In this document: positions 24,851 through 37,010 of the stretch, piece after piece | Layout: every line of letters starts with the position of its first letter | Position numbering within the stretch: the stretch's first letter is position 1 | Assembly (NCBI GenBank): GCA_031835245.2 | Contig: JAVKOQ020000007.1 | Coordinates: 1-64,000 of the forward strand | Length of the DNA stretch: 64,000 nt | From: Balamuthia mandrillaris | Taxonomy: Eukaryota | Direction of reading: 5' to 3' | Position numbers and translations under genes: made by a program | The notes under the pieces: model-generated | Databases searched by the model: none | Told to the model about the DNA's origin: nothing | The model's input: the letters and a program-made list of their open reading frames with translations, nothing else

Positions 24851-25572
24851 GAAAGAAAAGGGGGAAGAAGAGCAAGAAGAAGAGGAAGACGAGGATGACT
24901 TTCATAGGCGCTATAAATTTTGTACTTGCGATGACGACTCACCGGGAGCAGAGTTGATGGTGGCGAAGCAGCAGCAACAGCAGCTGGACGCCTACAGACA
25001 GCAAGAGATGGAGAAGAGAGAGCTCACAGAGTGGGAGGAGGCCTGGTGCCAGCGGCATGGGCTGAACAGGAGCAGGTCCAAGCTGTTCGCTGTCATTTTG
25101 GCGGCCAATTATTTGCACATTCCTCCGTTGTTGGAGCTCTGTTGTCGAAAAGCTGCTGACTCTCTTCGAGGTTTGTTTTCTCTGCTGCCTTTCTTGTTTG
25201 AGCTCTTTATGGTTAGGGCTTATGTGAGTGAACGAATGATAAAAAGGGAAATCGGGAGAACAAGTGCGAAAGTACTTGGGCGTGGAGGAGGCTTTGACGC
25301 CTGAAGAGTATCAATCTGCTCTTTCTGAGGTACGTAAGAGAGAGAGAGAGAGAGTGAGAAGGAGAGAGAGAGAGAAGAGAGAAGCGAGAAAAGCGAGAAG
25401 CAAAGAAGAGGGAGAGAAGAAAACCCAGAATAATGCTCACCACGAATGCTCCAATGTCACTGCTATTTCCAACAGAACGAGCAACTGCTGAAAGGATTGC
25501 AGGAAAAAGACAGAAAACAGGCTCTAAAAGAAATCCGACTTACAAAATAACATCTCCCGAATTACATGCCCT

Positions 25573-28500
25573 TCATTCATCATTTTCTTCCCGTTCCTCA
25601 TCCTCTTCTCCCTCTGTCTCCTTTTCCTTTTCCTTTCTTGTTCTAGGCGTTCGGCTGGTTTCGTGCAACCCACGAAGTCTCATACGGTCGATGACTCCAT
25701 CGCTTTCGCTATACGTCACCGCATGAATGGATCTCGCCCATGGATGGCTATCTCTAAACACTTTGCAATAATACCGCATTCGTGCTTTGGCCAGTTTTTC
25801 ATCTCTTCGTATTCTCTTTGAAGGTTTGTTTGGTGCACGCTCTTCATCTTCTTCTGAACGTGCGATTATTACGACGATGAGAAAGTCTAATCCGTCTTCT
25901 CCGTTGCAGCAGATAAGATCAGCTCTGTCGTCATTGTTGTCGGAGTCCTCTTGATTACAATAGTACGGTATTTCCCAATCAAACTCGTAGAGCAACACCT
26001 GTTTTTTAAAACAAAGGTAGTTTGTTAGTCAATCTTTGTGTCTTCGCGTCTCTGCTGTTTCCGCCCTATTCTGAAGGAGAAGGATATACATACATTGTTG
26101 GAGAAGGACCCGAGCAACAAGGAGGGCTGAAGAACGAGTTTGCGCAGCAGATTGAAGCGGCGGCTGTTGCTCCATTGCCAACTTCGTATGTACTCTTTTA
26201 TCACTGCATCTCGTTCTTCGCATTCTCTCATGTATGCCAGCGCTGAAGATGACCTGTTATACACTTTAACAGAAAATACGAGATCGTGTTAGCAGATAGG
26301 TTCAAAAAAGAAAAGAGGAGAGAATCACCAAAGGAAGGTCTATCATAAGAATGAAATCGTTCAAGCACAGACTCTTCAACAAGCCTTCCCAAACTTCGAA
26401 ACGAGAGATGAATAACAGGTCGTGATGACGAAGCAGAAGATGATGAAGGAAATAAGTTATTGCTGCGGTGAAGATGGCTTTGAACCGTTCGCCATGTTAT
26501 GATAGATGGTTGTATGATGAAAGGTTGAATGATTGCACTCGATAGTGGGTCTGACGGAAGAACTACAGAATCCACAACTGGAACTACGGTTCTTCCCTTC
26601 TCTCGTTCTTGTTCGGTTTCTTCTTCTTCTTCTTCTGGCTTTTCTTCACCTCCTCTGTGTTTAATCTGTTCGTTAGGTAGTGCTTTCTCTTTCCCTTTTT
26701 CTTCTTTCTCCTCTTTTTCTTGTTGAACCTTTGCTGTCTCCTCTTTCTCCTTTTCGTTGTTGTTGATACTCCTTCTCTTCTTGTCTTCTTCTTTCTTTGG
26801 GGGTGCCGTTACTGTGGGCGACGACAGGGTACTACCCCTATGCATCCTCATCTGCAAAAGCCTCCTCTCTTTCTCTTTCCTCTTTTGCTTCACCACTTCT
26901 GCCAAAAAGTCCATGTCGTCGACGTCATCCAACAATTCCAACATCAACTTTTTCAACTGCTCCGAATCCAAATTCACTTCCAACTGTTGTCCCGTTGACG
27001 TTTGCAACGAAATCACCGAAGCAAATACTTCTTCCTCGTTTTCTTCTTCGTTTTCTTTTTCGTTCGCTTGTTCTTTCTCAGCGTAAATGCTTTGACTCCT
27101 GCTTCTTCTATTTTTCTTTCTTGTGTTGCTTCGACGACGACGTTCCATCTTCTTCGGCTTTGCTGCCAGCGTTGTTGTTAATGGAAGAGGACAGCGATCC
27201 ACTTCTCGACGATACTTGAATCCGATGACGATGGCATCTTCTTCTGCTTCAGTGTCTTCCTTCGTCATCACTTGCATTTGATCCTTCATTTCGCCTTCTT
27301 CTAAGATCCATTTCGCTTCTTCAAGAGAAATGCTGCAATTCATCTTCAAGTTGTATGCTTTGGTTCTCGTTGTTGAGTTGTTGGTAAATTGGAGATCTTC
27401 TCGCGTGCCGGCATAACGAGCAAAGTAATGCTCCCAGTCGTTAATCGTTGGCAATGTCGTCAAAGAGGAGGAGGAAGACGACAGTGAAGAAAATTGTCGA
27501 GAAGAGGAGAGTAGAAGAGATTGAACAAAAGTAGTCATTTCGCTTGCGAATTCATCTACGTCACTCTCTATCGCTTTGGAAAGATAGAGTACAGGAAGGT
27601 GTGAGAGTAAGTTTGGTCCTGCTACTGCTCCTTCTTTCTTTCTGCTTTCTTCGTGCTTTGGAGAGTTGTAATGCAAAAACATGGATGAAGGAATATCGCG
27701 AAGAACTCGTTCTTGATGACTATAGTGAATAGACAAATGTGGAACTTGTTCTTCTCTCGTCTTTAAAAAGCTTGAAAGTCCTTCAAAGAATAGATTTTTG
27801 GTTAGAAAAAGGAGAAAGAGAGAACGAGAGAGAGAAATATACCTCCATTTTCTTTAAGTCTCAGATACGTTTGCTTGTCATTATTCCAAAGAAATGTACA
27901 AAAGCGAATCTTCAACATCTCCGTCAAATAGCGAGGTCGTCTGTTGATCTCCTCCTCCTCTTCTTCCTCTTCTTCATCATCTTCAGCTGCATGAAAGCAA
28001 GGAGCTTTCCGAATGACAGAAGCGAGGTCACGAAGTCCCAAAAGAGAGAAACACAAACGCGAAAACTCGTCCATGCTCTCCTCTGGATGTTTCCAAGCGA
28101 GGCCAAAGTCCAACCCATAAATCTCTTGTGGTACAGACGAAGAAGAGGAAGGAGAAGGACAAGGAGAAGATGGAGAGGAAGTAGAAGGGGCGAAATCTTC
28201 GAACAACGAAAGGAGAGTGGGATCACGAGTCCAATACACTTGATGCAAAGGTCTCCACTTTCGTTCTACAGTCCACATCTGAATCTGAGGTGCTGGAGAT
28301 GATGAAGAATTTATCGCTTCTTTCAACTCTTTCAGGTGTAGATGAGAGTCTCTTGCTTTGCTGCAGAGATGTAGAAGGGAAGGGAATATCCCTTTTGATA
28401 ATATCGTCTCTATGTAGTTTCGTCGTTTGAACGAAGAGAATGAAGCAGCAGACGGAGAGTTGCGAGTAGAAACAGGTGAAGATGCAGGTGAAAATGAGGA

Positions 28501-31500
28501 GGTCGAGAACGAGGAAGAAAAGAAAGAAGAAGAGCAAAGATTTTTCCAAATGCGAAGAATGATAGCAACGTCAGGCTCCTCCTTGACAGCCAATACATTG
28601 GTAAAGAACGGTTTCAAGTCTTTGGGATAGTACTTTGAAAGGCAGGCAAGCTCATCGAGAAAGTCTCGCGAGACATCTTGCCAAACACAGTTCAAACTTG
28701 TGGTCCAAGTCTTGTCGTATCTGTCAGTAAAAGATGGAACAAAGAGAAGAGGTTGAGATTGAAAGGCTTGTTTAAGGAATGAGATGGCGTCTTGTGAGGT
28801 TGCTAGTTTTGACAAAGCTGTATAAATAGAAGCTGTTTGTTCCTTTTTGTAAGAAAAGTTGGAGACAAGCAATGAGATGGAATGAAGTCAAAAGGCTAAA
28901 ACGCAAAAGAGAAGAAAGCAAAGAAAGCAGGAAGTACAATGGTAACTTCAGCGTTTTGAAGGCCCGTTAAGAACTCAACGACATTCTTCAGCCCCAATTG
29001 CTTTTGAATGCCCAACCATTGGATGAAGAAAGCTTGCAGGTCTTTCTTGTTGTTGTAGACTCTGCAAAGATAGCAGTACCTCTCATCGGGAAAAATATCA
29101 GCCATGTTATCATCCCAAACGCAGTTAGAGAGAGGGACCCAGTCGTGACCTCCCCAAATGGAAGTAATGGACATACATTCCGCCTTTCTTTGGGAGTTCT
29201 TTGGCAGGGCGGAAAGTGCTTCGTTGAGAGCAGAGTATAAAGATTCCATGCGCTTTGTGCTCGTATTTTTCGCTCTGTATCAGCAAAAGGAATAAGAATC
29301 GTAGAGAGGAGAGAAAAGGAGGTAAGAGAGCATCACCCTATGTATTTTGAATGAATGAAGACGAGATCATCCACAGAAGCAACATATTTAACTCCCATGT
29401 GGCTAGTCAAAAATTCCTTCAAGCTGGTTCCAGTAATCGTCCATGTCTTGCATAAATAATAAAACTCGTCCAAACAAGCTTCCGACATATCTTCCCAAAT
29501 GCACTCGGTTGATCTAACCCAAGCAATTCGAGGGCGAGTTACGAGGATTAGAGCAGGGTGTTGATTCAAAAATGCTTTGAACTTTGTCTTGGAAAATAAA
29601 GTTAGAAGCAGCAACGAAGAAAGAGACGAGAGAAGCGAAAACAAGCGAAGTAAAAGAGATAGCAACAAAGAGAAAGAGAAAGAGCAAAAATGATTGCAAC
29701 GTACTTTGGCAGTATCGTCAGTAAGTCGCTTATGAATCTCTTCATAGGTTCTTCGTATAAGCTCAAACTCTTGGCAATGCCTCCGGGAAAGCTCCGCCAA
29801 ACGATCCAATAACGCATCCACACCTACTCTCTCCTCAATTCCAAGAGTCTGAACGAAGAATTGTCGCAAGAGCTCGTCATCGCGATTGCTTTTTTTCCAT
29901 GTTCGACTGAGATAAATGTGTTGGCGTTCATCGCTATCAAATACTAATGGACAATCCTCCCAAAATATCGGTGAAGGAGATGGAGCAGAAGCAGAAGACG
30001 AACAAGAAGAGGTAGATGAAGGAGGAGGAGAAGAAAGAGTCATCCATTCGATTCCTGTGAAGAGTAACGGGGTTTGACGAAAGGCCTCTACGATCTTTTC
30101 TTTGGAGGCCTGACTGGTAGTGGCTCTGGCATGTAGTTGGATGTAAACTTTGCTCAAAAACTCCAACGACGAGCCTTTTCTCTCTTTGTTTTGGTTTTTC
30201 CTTTCGTTATTTATTTGGTTTGTTAGTGTGATGACAACAAAAGAGGCTGAAAAGAAAAGTAGAGAGGAGATATCCTTACTTGTTTGGTTGCAGCTGTTCC
30301 AACAGAATGTCAACATCAGCGCTGCGATTGACTTGCAAAAAGTCTATAAGCTCAGAGGACAACTGAACGTCGCCGTTTTGTTGCCCCGAAATGTCTAGGA
30401 ACGGCACATCATCTTCTCCAAACAATTCTGTTACAGATGGTACCCGTAAGAAAACCTGTTTCGGAGGCATCGGTCCTTTTGTGGAGGGAAGCCAGCTTGT
30501 TTGGGTCAGCCGTTGATAGAAGCTTCCTGTTCTAGATATTTGACGATGAACTTTTTCTAACCACCACAATAACACATCCAGTCTTATCAATGACAGAAAG
30601 AAAAGTTAGTTAAAAGGACGAACAGATAGATAAGATGAAGAACAGAACAACAACAAGAAAAGAATGTAAGAAAAGAGCCAATAGTACGAGAAGCGGAAGA
30701 GCAAAGATAAAAGGTATACTTACGGGACACTCTTTGGATACCAATCCTGAAAGGAAGCCTCTGGGCCTGGCGGTGGTGGCACCTCGCTCACTCCCAACAC
30801 TTCCACAAAAAACTTCTTTATCTCCCTCTTTTCTGCCTCCTCTTCCATCATCTTCACATACTTGTTCGACAGTTGAAGGAAATGTCCTTGTTTGCCTGGA
30901 TAACAGAAAATAGGTCCCCAATCCTTCAAACAAAGTGAAGCTGGTAACACTATGGTTAACGTTTCACTTGAAGAAGAAGCTTTTCTTTTGGTGGTCGGTT
31001 TATGAAGAAGGGTATATTCAGGAAGAAGCAAAAGACCTTCTTCCAAGAGTTTGATGACGGCCGGTTTCTTGAACTTGGATTGATGCTTGCAAAAGAAGCG
31101 AGTGTCTTGAAGGATGACCTTTGGGTGTAATGAGAAAAGGTTTTTGTTTGTTGAAAGTTGTTGTTGATGCGAGAAGAGAATCTCACGAACAAAACGATGC
31201 CAACTGAGTTCTTTGAGACCAAAGTTGTCTGAAAGCTTTTTTTGTTATTGATAAAAAAGTGAGTAGGATATCGTTTACTTACAAACAAAAGATACTGAAA
31301 AGCTATGCTTACCCAACGCTTTGTTTGAAGTGTTAGCTTCACGCTGGAATGTAGTATAGTTAGCGGCAGCTTCCTTTCTCTTTCCTTCAAATACTGCCAC
31401 AGAGGACTATCCCTCTCCGGCTGAAAATAGACTTGTGGCTGTTCTTCGTCACCAAAACTGCTTGCTTCTGTAGGGATGAGCTTCTGTTGAAGAATTTGTC

Positions 31501-33731
31501 TTTGTCTTGTTGCATCCGAGGCAGAAGCAAAAGATGAAACGCTGAATCCTATTCGAGCTAGATATTCGTAAAGTTGGCCGAACCATTTTGGATCATCTTT
31601 CTTCAACTGGTGCAAGACTATCTCGTTGCGCTCCTCTAGAAGAAAGTCATTTAGCAGAGACGCGTTATCCACGCCTTGCACCCCAATGGCCTTCAGTCCT
31701 TCCGTAGCTGTTTCGTCCATATACACAGTTGGATGAACCAAATTGGCAAAATGAAGGAAGCGTCTTTCCTCTGTTTGTTGTATTGGCGAAGACGATGCTT
31801 CAGCTACGAGACGATAGAGATCAGCGCATCCGAGTTTTGCATCCTTTGGTAGTGCGAAAGAAGGAGATAAAGGAGGCGAAGATGACGACGACGTCAAACA
31901 GGAAGCGGAAGAGGAAGATGACGATGATGAAGAGGAATGAGTTCTGAGGATTACGCATTTCACGGTTTTCAGTTGTTGGTGTATGAGGTCAGTAACTTTC
32001 TGGTAGGCCTTTTCGGTTGTGGCAGCAGTGGGAATAAAGCGATATGCTTTGAACCTGTGCTCTGGGTGCTTTTAATGTTATTTTTGTTTGCGTTAACAAT
32101 AATCGTTGGTACCTGCAACAAACTGCACAAAAAAAGAAAACAAATAATCGTTGTGTACCTGCAACAAACTGCAAAAAGCTTCCACAAAGGTAGGCGCTAT
32201 GCAACGCATGGACCAGTCGTTCCATCGGTTATCGCTCATCGGAAACTCTCTCGATGCAATCAATATAAAGTCAGCATTTACGTGAAAGGGCAGTCCACTG
32301 CGTTGAGAGGTTGGCAAGAACGCAAACACCTTTCCTTCTCTTGTTTTTGTTGTTTCCTCTTTTGCCTCTTGCTTTTTGTGGGTGGTGGAGAAGAGCGGTA
32401 AGGCAACGCTTACAAGCCGTTGTTGAACGTTTTCTCGTTTTGGTTCGTAGACGTCGTTTGGGACGAAGAATGTTTTGTGGTTGACCCAAAAGTAAGTTTC
32501 GTTTTTGTTATCGTGGCTTTCGTTTTGTTGTTGTTTGCATCCTTCTCGACAAAAGCTTAAACAGATGAGAGGAAACTGTGAAGTGTCTTTGTCAACCAGC
32601 AACAAGGTCCTTGAAGACGAAGAAAAAGAAGATGCCGAAGAAGCAGGTGAAGAGAAGGGAGAAACAGACAAGGTGGAAGAGCTCTCTATTGTCTCAACGG
32701 AAATGGTGAATCTCTCCAACTTTGGAAGGAACAGGATGATCTCTGGTGAGATGTGTTGTAGATGTTCTGCAACGCGTTGGTAGGGACTTGCTTCGATGGT
32801 GGTGTGGTGATTGCTGCTTGTGTTGGTGACTTTGGGAATGGGGAGCGCCATCACCGTCTTGCCGTTCATCAACCGTTGGATACGCTTCGGCACTCTGTCG
32901 ACCCACTTTGTTAAGAACAAAGAATGTTATCTTCATAGCGAAGAGAGAAGGGACGACAAGGCAAGCAGAGAAGAGGAGAAGAAGAAAAAGAAGAAGAAGA
33001 ACAAGAAGAAGAAGAAGAAGAAGAAGAAGAAGAAGAACAAGAACAAGAAGAAGAAGAACAAGAACAAGAACAAGAACAAGAAGAAACCGCACCGTTGGAA
33101 CAACGTAGGAAATGCCAAACTCCGGGTCGGGCTCCTTGGCAAAGCGTATCCTGTAGCCGTTGGAGAATATGTGAGGATGGTCGGTCACCTTGAATACCGA
33201 CTTGAAGCCGATGCCCTTCTCTCCGATGTAGCCCAGGGCCTTCTTCTGCGCTTTGGTGGAGTCTCCCACCATGCAAATGGCGTTCACGTCCCTCTCGTCG
33301 AACCCCACTTCGTTGTTGAGCAGCAAAAACACTCCTTCATGCCTTTCTCTGTTCACCACGTTTTCCTCCTCCTCATCTTCTCCTCCTTCGTCTCCCTCCT
33401 CTGCTTGGAAGAAAGAAGCACAGCTCATGAGGCAAAGCCCCAGCTCGGGGCGAGCGCCGTCAGGGTAGCGGTTGTCCTCGGCGTTCTGCAGCAGCTCCAG
33501 AACGAAGTGGTGCTCGCGGGAGTAGAGCTGGTCGGCCAACATGGCCAGGCTGTTCTGAAAACTGTGCAGCGTCCTGGTGCCGGGCTTGCTCATGGCGAAG
33601 TCCCCGCGGATCTCTCGGATGAGTCGTTCCTGGGGGGACACGCTGTCGTCTTTAGCACGACCTCGGTCGATCAGGGCAGCAGCGCGGTGCTGTTGCTGTT
33701 GCTGTTGTCGCTCTTGTGGAAGGTGTTCCAT
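25573..33731 (-). CDS. Large NO VEIN/sacsin-like GHKL (Hsp90-type) ATPase protein, multi-exon
   Basis: LYSREHHFVLELLQNAEDN, NNEVGF..DVNAIC.VGDSTK, IGEKGIGFKSVFKV, FAFLPT..SGLPFHVNADFILIASRE..WN. Followed by repeated helical modules and a C-terminal nuclease-like domain. Confidence 0.88.
32978..33085. repeat. Intronic (CTT/GTT)n microsatellite in the NOV-like gene
   Basis: Visible AAG/AAC tract on the + strand within intron 1. Confidence 0.85.
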
Positions 33732-34341
33732 GTCGGTGTGAGGGAAGGTGAGCAAATAACAAAAAAGTTAATCTTATCTTTTGTGCTTGCAAGGAGGATG
33801 CGATGCGAGGTTCGAAACGCAGGAGGAAAAAGAAGAAGAAGAAGAACAAGAAGAAGGAGGAAAAGAACGTTTTTGCATCCGTCTTTTTTTTGCAAAAAAA
33901 AAGCAAAACACAACCGAAACACAACCAGACCACAACCGAAACACAAATAAACCACAACCGAAACACAAGCGTTTGGAGGTTTGGTAACGCGGCGAGCGGT
34001 GGCTCTTTCTTTTTTGCTTCCGTGGGTTTTTTTGTGTGTCACTGAAAATGATGCACTGCGGAAACGAAAACTCACCACCCTCCCTTTGTTCTGTGAGAGG
34101 GGAAACTTCGAGGAGGAGAGGAGCGAGGACAAGGAGGAGGCCCCTAAGGGTGGAGGAGAGAGAGGTACTTTTTTTCTGACCATGTCTCTTGGTTGGAGAG
34201 AGCCTCCATCTTGTTGTGGGAGAAGTCTATTAAAAAAAAAAAGAAAAGAGACTTTCGAACATGTATACTCTTCTTTTGTTATGGCGACAGCCTTGGCAGA
34301 CCGAAGCGATATGTATGTATCACACAATGCCATCACCAAGG

Positions 34342-37010
34342 TCATCTCATGCCACGCCCACGGCTGATAGGCATCATTCTGCCCATCATTCTAACCTCGG
34401 GCCTCCTCCTCTGGGTGAAGTCGATGCAGACGCAATGGCCCTGGCCGACGTGCTCCTCCAACTCGGATTGGTTGGTCACATAGTGGACGTGCTCGTTGCA
34501 CGCTTCGCATAACCTTCTGGTGTCCATGCCAAACGAGTCTCTGGGCAACGAAAAGTCTGGCTTGAGTTGCTCCCTGAATGAAAACGTTTGGTCAGAAAAG
34601 AGAAAACGAGACTAGTGAGAAGAGAGAAGAGGAGAGAGAGAGAGAGAGAGAGAAAAGGAGAACAAATAAAAGACGAATAAGACAAACCATATCAAAGGGC
34701 ACTTAAGCTCCCACTCGCAGTTTTCGATGGGGTGAGCATTGCCGGAAGCATTTCGTACTGGCTGATGACCATACTTCTGGACGGCGGTCTCTCTGAGCTT
34801 GAAGAACTTGAACCAGCTCCTCATCTTGAGGTTGGGGTTCTGTTGGGGCCAATGCTGCAGGAATAGCCTGTGCCAGATGCTGTTATCCAGAGCGAGCTCT
34901 CCAAAAGCTTTGCAGACTAAACCGATGGAGATGGCATCTTTTGGTTTTGCAATGGCCACGTCAAAGATCTCTGTAACAGTAGGTAAGCAATTGTGTGAGC
35001 GTGAAAAAGAGGAACAAGAAAGAAAGAACAAATAAACAAGCTTACTCAGTAGAACTTCCGCCGGCAAGTCTGTGAGATGGTTGGTTTGGCCAGGAGAATA
35101 GATCTCTATGCAATGGTGGAACAGAAAGGAGAGAAGCAGTAGCAGGAATGTAAGAACAATGAGAAGAACAAGACATGAATAATAACAACAAGAACAAGAG
35201 GCAAAAGGAAAGGTACCAGGACAATTGGCAGCAGTCCTGAACATGCCACCCACATCAAATACAAAGCCTTCACTTCCAAAGTTCGTCTGCAACTCCACCT
35301 TGCCACACACTCCCACCACTGGCACGTATGGCAAGGCACGGTCCATGTCTCTCTCCACCACAGCCACCAGGTCATAGTTGAGGGTGAAGAAGAGCTCTCC
35401 TCTGTTGGTGATGCCACACCCCAGGGTGTCTCCTGCTCGCATCACATCACGCCTTCCCGAAGCAGCCAGAGCGAGTTGGCCCTTTGGAGCGTCTCTTGAG
35501 CCGGAATAGTAGCACCAGTCGTCGCTGTGAAACCCATAGGTCCTTGTTTGTTGGAAAAATAAACATATGAGCAGTTAGTTTACTTAAAGACAAAGAAGAA
35601 GATGAAGAAACAGCGGAAATCCAACGAAACAGCATTCAGAACTACAAGAGCAAAGGGACGGAGAGATGTACCCATCAAACCAACCGGGAAGCGCTTTCTT
35701 TGCAGGGAATCTGAGGTGTTTGGTGGTTAGCCCCACTGCCACCATTCTACACGGCGCGAAGGCAAACGAAAACAAATGGGTTAACAAAGAAGAGGAAAGA
35801 AGGTAGGGAAAAAAAGAGTATTGAGAGGAACGTACGCTTTGGGTGGCAGGCGAAGAATGGTGACCTCGTAGAAACACACCATGTTGTGCAGGATCCAGAA
35901 TGCTGCATTTCCTTGAACCGCTTGTTGGTCTCATCGACACTCGTTAAGGTGTAATACTTCACAAAGAATGATCGAGAGGAGGCAGAGGAAGAGAGAAGAG
36001 AGAGAGAGAGAGAGAGAGAAGGGAGAGGAAGAGAGAGAGGAAGCAAGAGAGAGATAGAGTGAGAAAGGATATTAGTTCAAGATCACTATCATTGGACGAC
36101 GTATTATCCAGGTGTCTGCCTTGCGCCTTCAACGTGGACTGTGTGGCCTCCTGCGGTACGCTCCATCCCGTTGGAATGGTCTTATAACTCTCCTCGCTGT
36201 CGAACACGCTGTTCACATCAAACCTGAACGGTTGGATGCCAAAGTTTGCCACGAGGCCCACTCCCGGTCCATCCACACCTATTATGGGGGTGCAGACAGT
36301 TCTGGCCTCCAGCTTAATGGCGCGTGCCACAAGGGCGCTGTTCACGGTGAAGAAGAGCTCTCCTCCGTTGGTGAGCCCGCAGCCGATGGTGTCGCCGGCC
36401 TGGATGCGTTTGGCTTGAGGGTAGCTGGCCCTGGGTTGGCCCGCTCCCCCAAAGTAACTCCAGTCATCGCTATGAAACCCATGCGTCCTGTTGTCGTGCA
36501 TCATGAGAGGTAAGGAGGAAGGACCAAGCGGTAGAGGAAGAAGCAGCAGCAGAAGAAGAAGAACAAGAAGAACGAAGAAATGTACCCAGGTAACCAACCC
36601 GGCAGAGCACCTTTGGAAGGGAAGACAGTGTCGCGGGTGGTGCAACCCACCGCAACCATGCTTTTGGCCAAACAGAAATAATCAACAAAAAAAAACAATC
36701 AACAGGCAGGAAGGAGATGAACGAACGTTCCCGAAGCCAAACGAGAGATGGTAACCTCAAAGAACGAAACACGGTCTTTCATGACTCTAAAAGAGCCGTT
36801 GGCCTGCACCGCTTGTTGCCAGTCAAAGAAACACCACCTCCGCTGTAACACACCAACAAGAAACGACAGAAGAGAAAGCAAAGAAAGAAAAAAGAAGAAG
36901 GATATCAATGGTTTTCCTACAGGTGCTTTGTCATTTTGGAGCTCCAGCCCTCGGATGGACAACCTGGAGGAAGAGAGCGATTCGGAGGACCAACCCGTAG
37001 GTTCTTCCAT
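34342..37010 (-). CDS. SPRY-SPRY-F-box-Cys/His domain protein, paralog A
   Basis: Two SPRY domains (FFEVTI..VAVG..LPGW..GFHSDD..GDTIGCG..ELFFT.N..NFG..F.FD), F-box LTDLPAEVLL.EIF..LVCKAF..DNSIW, and C-terminal HPIENC..CPLIW..CEAC..H..GHCVC. Confidence 0.85.

Larger units (their letters stand above)
21722..25550 (+). pseudogene. Skp1-like gene interrupted in exon 1 by a Mutator-like element
   Basis: N-half: LRLESADGEIFDVP..SRTVKHML..IFLPNVPSSILSLVIEYC. C-half after 24851: LFAVILAANYLHIPPLLELCCRKAA..GKSGEQVRKYLGVEEALTPEE. Removing the insert plus one TSD copy restores the frame (..SKQKEKGEEEQ..). Confidence 0.85.

Noticed and set aside
26077..26096. ATATCCTT as a U12 donor in the last NOV intron
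   Set aside because: A canonical GTATGT donor 6 nt upstream, a CTAAC branch point and an in-frame CAG explain the intron more simply.
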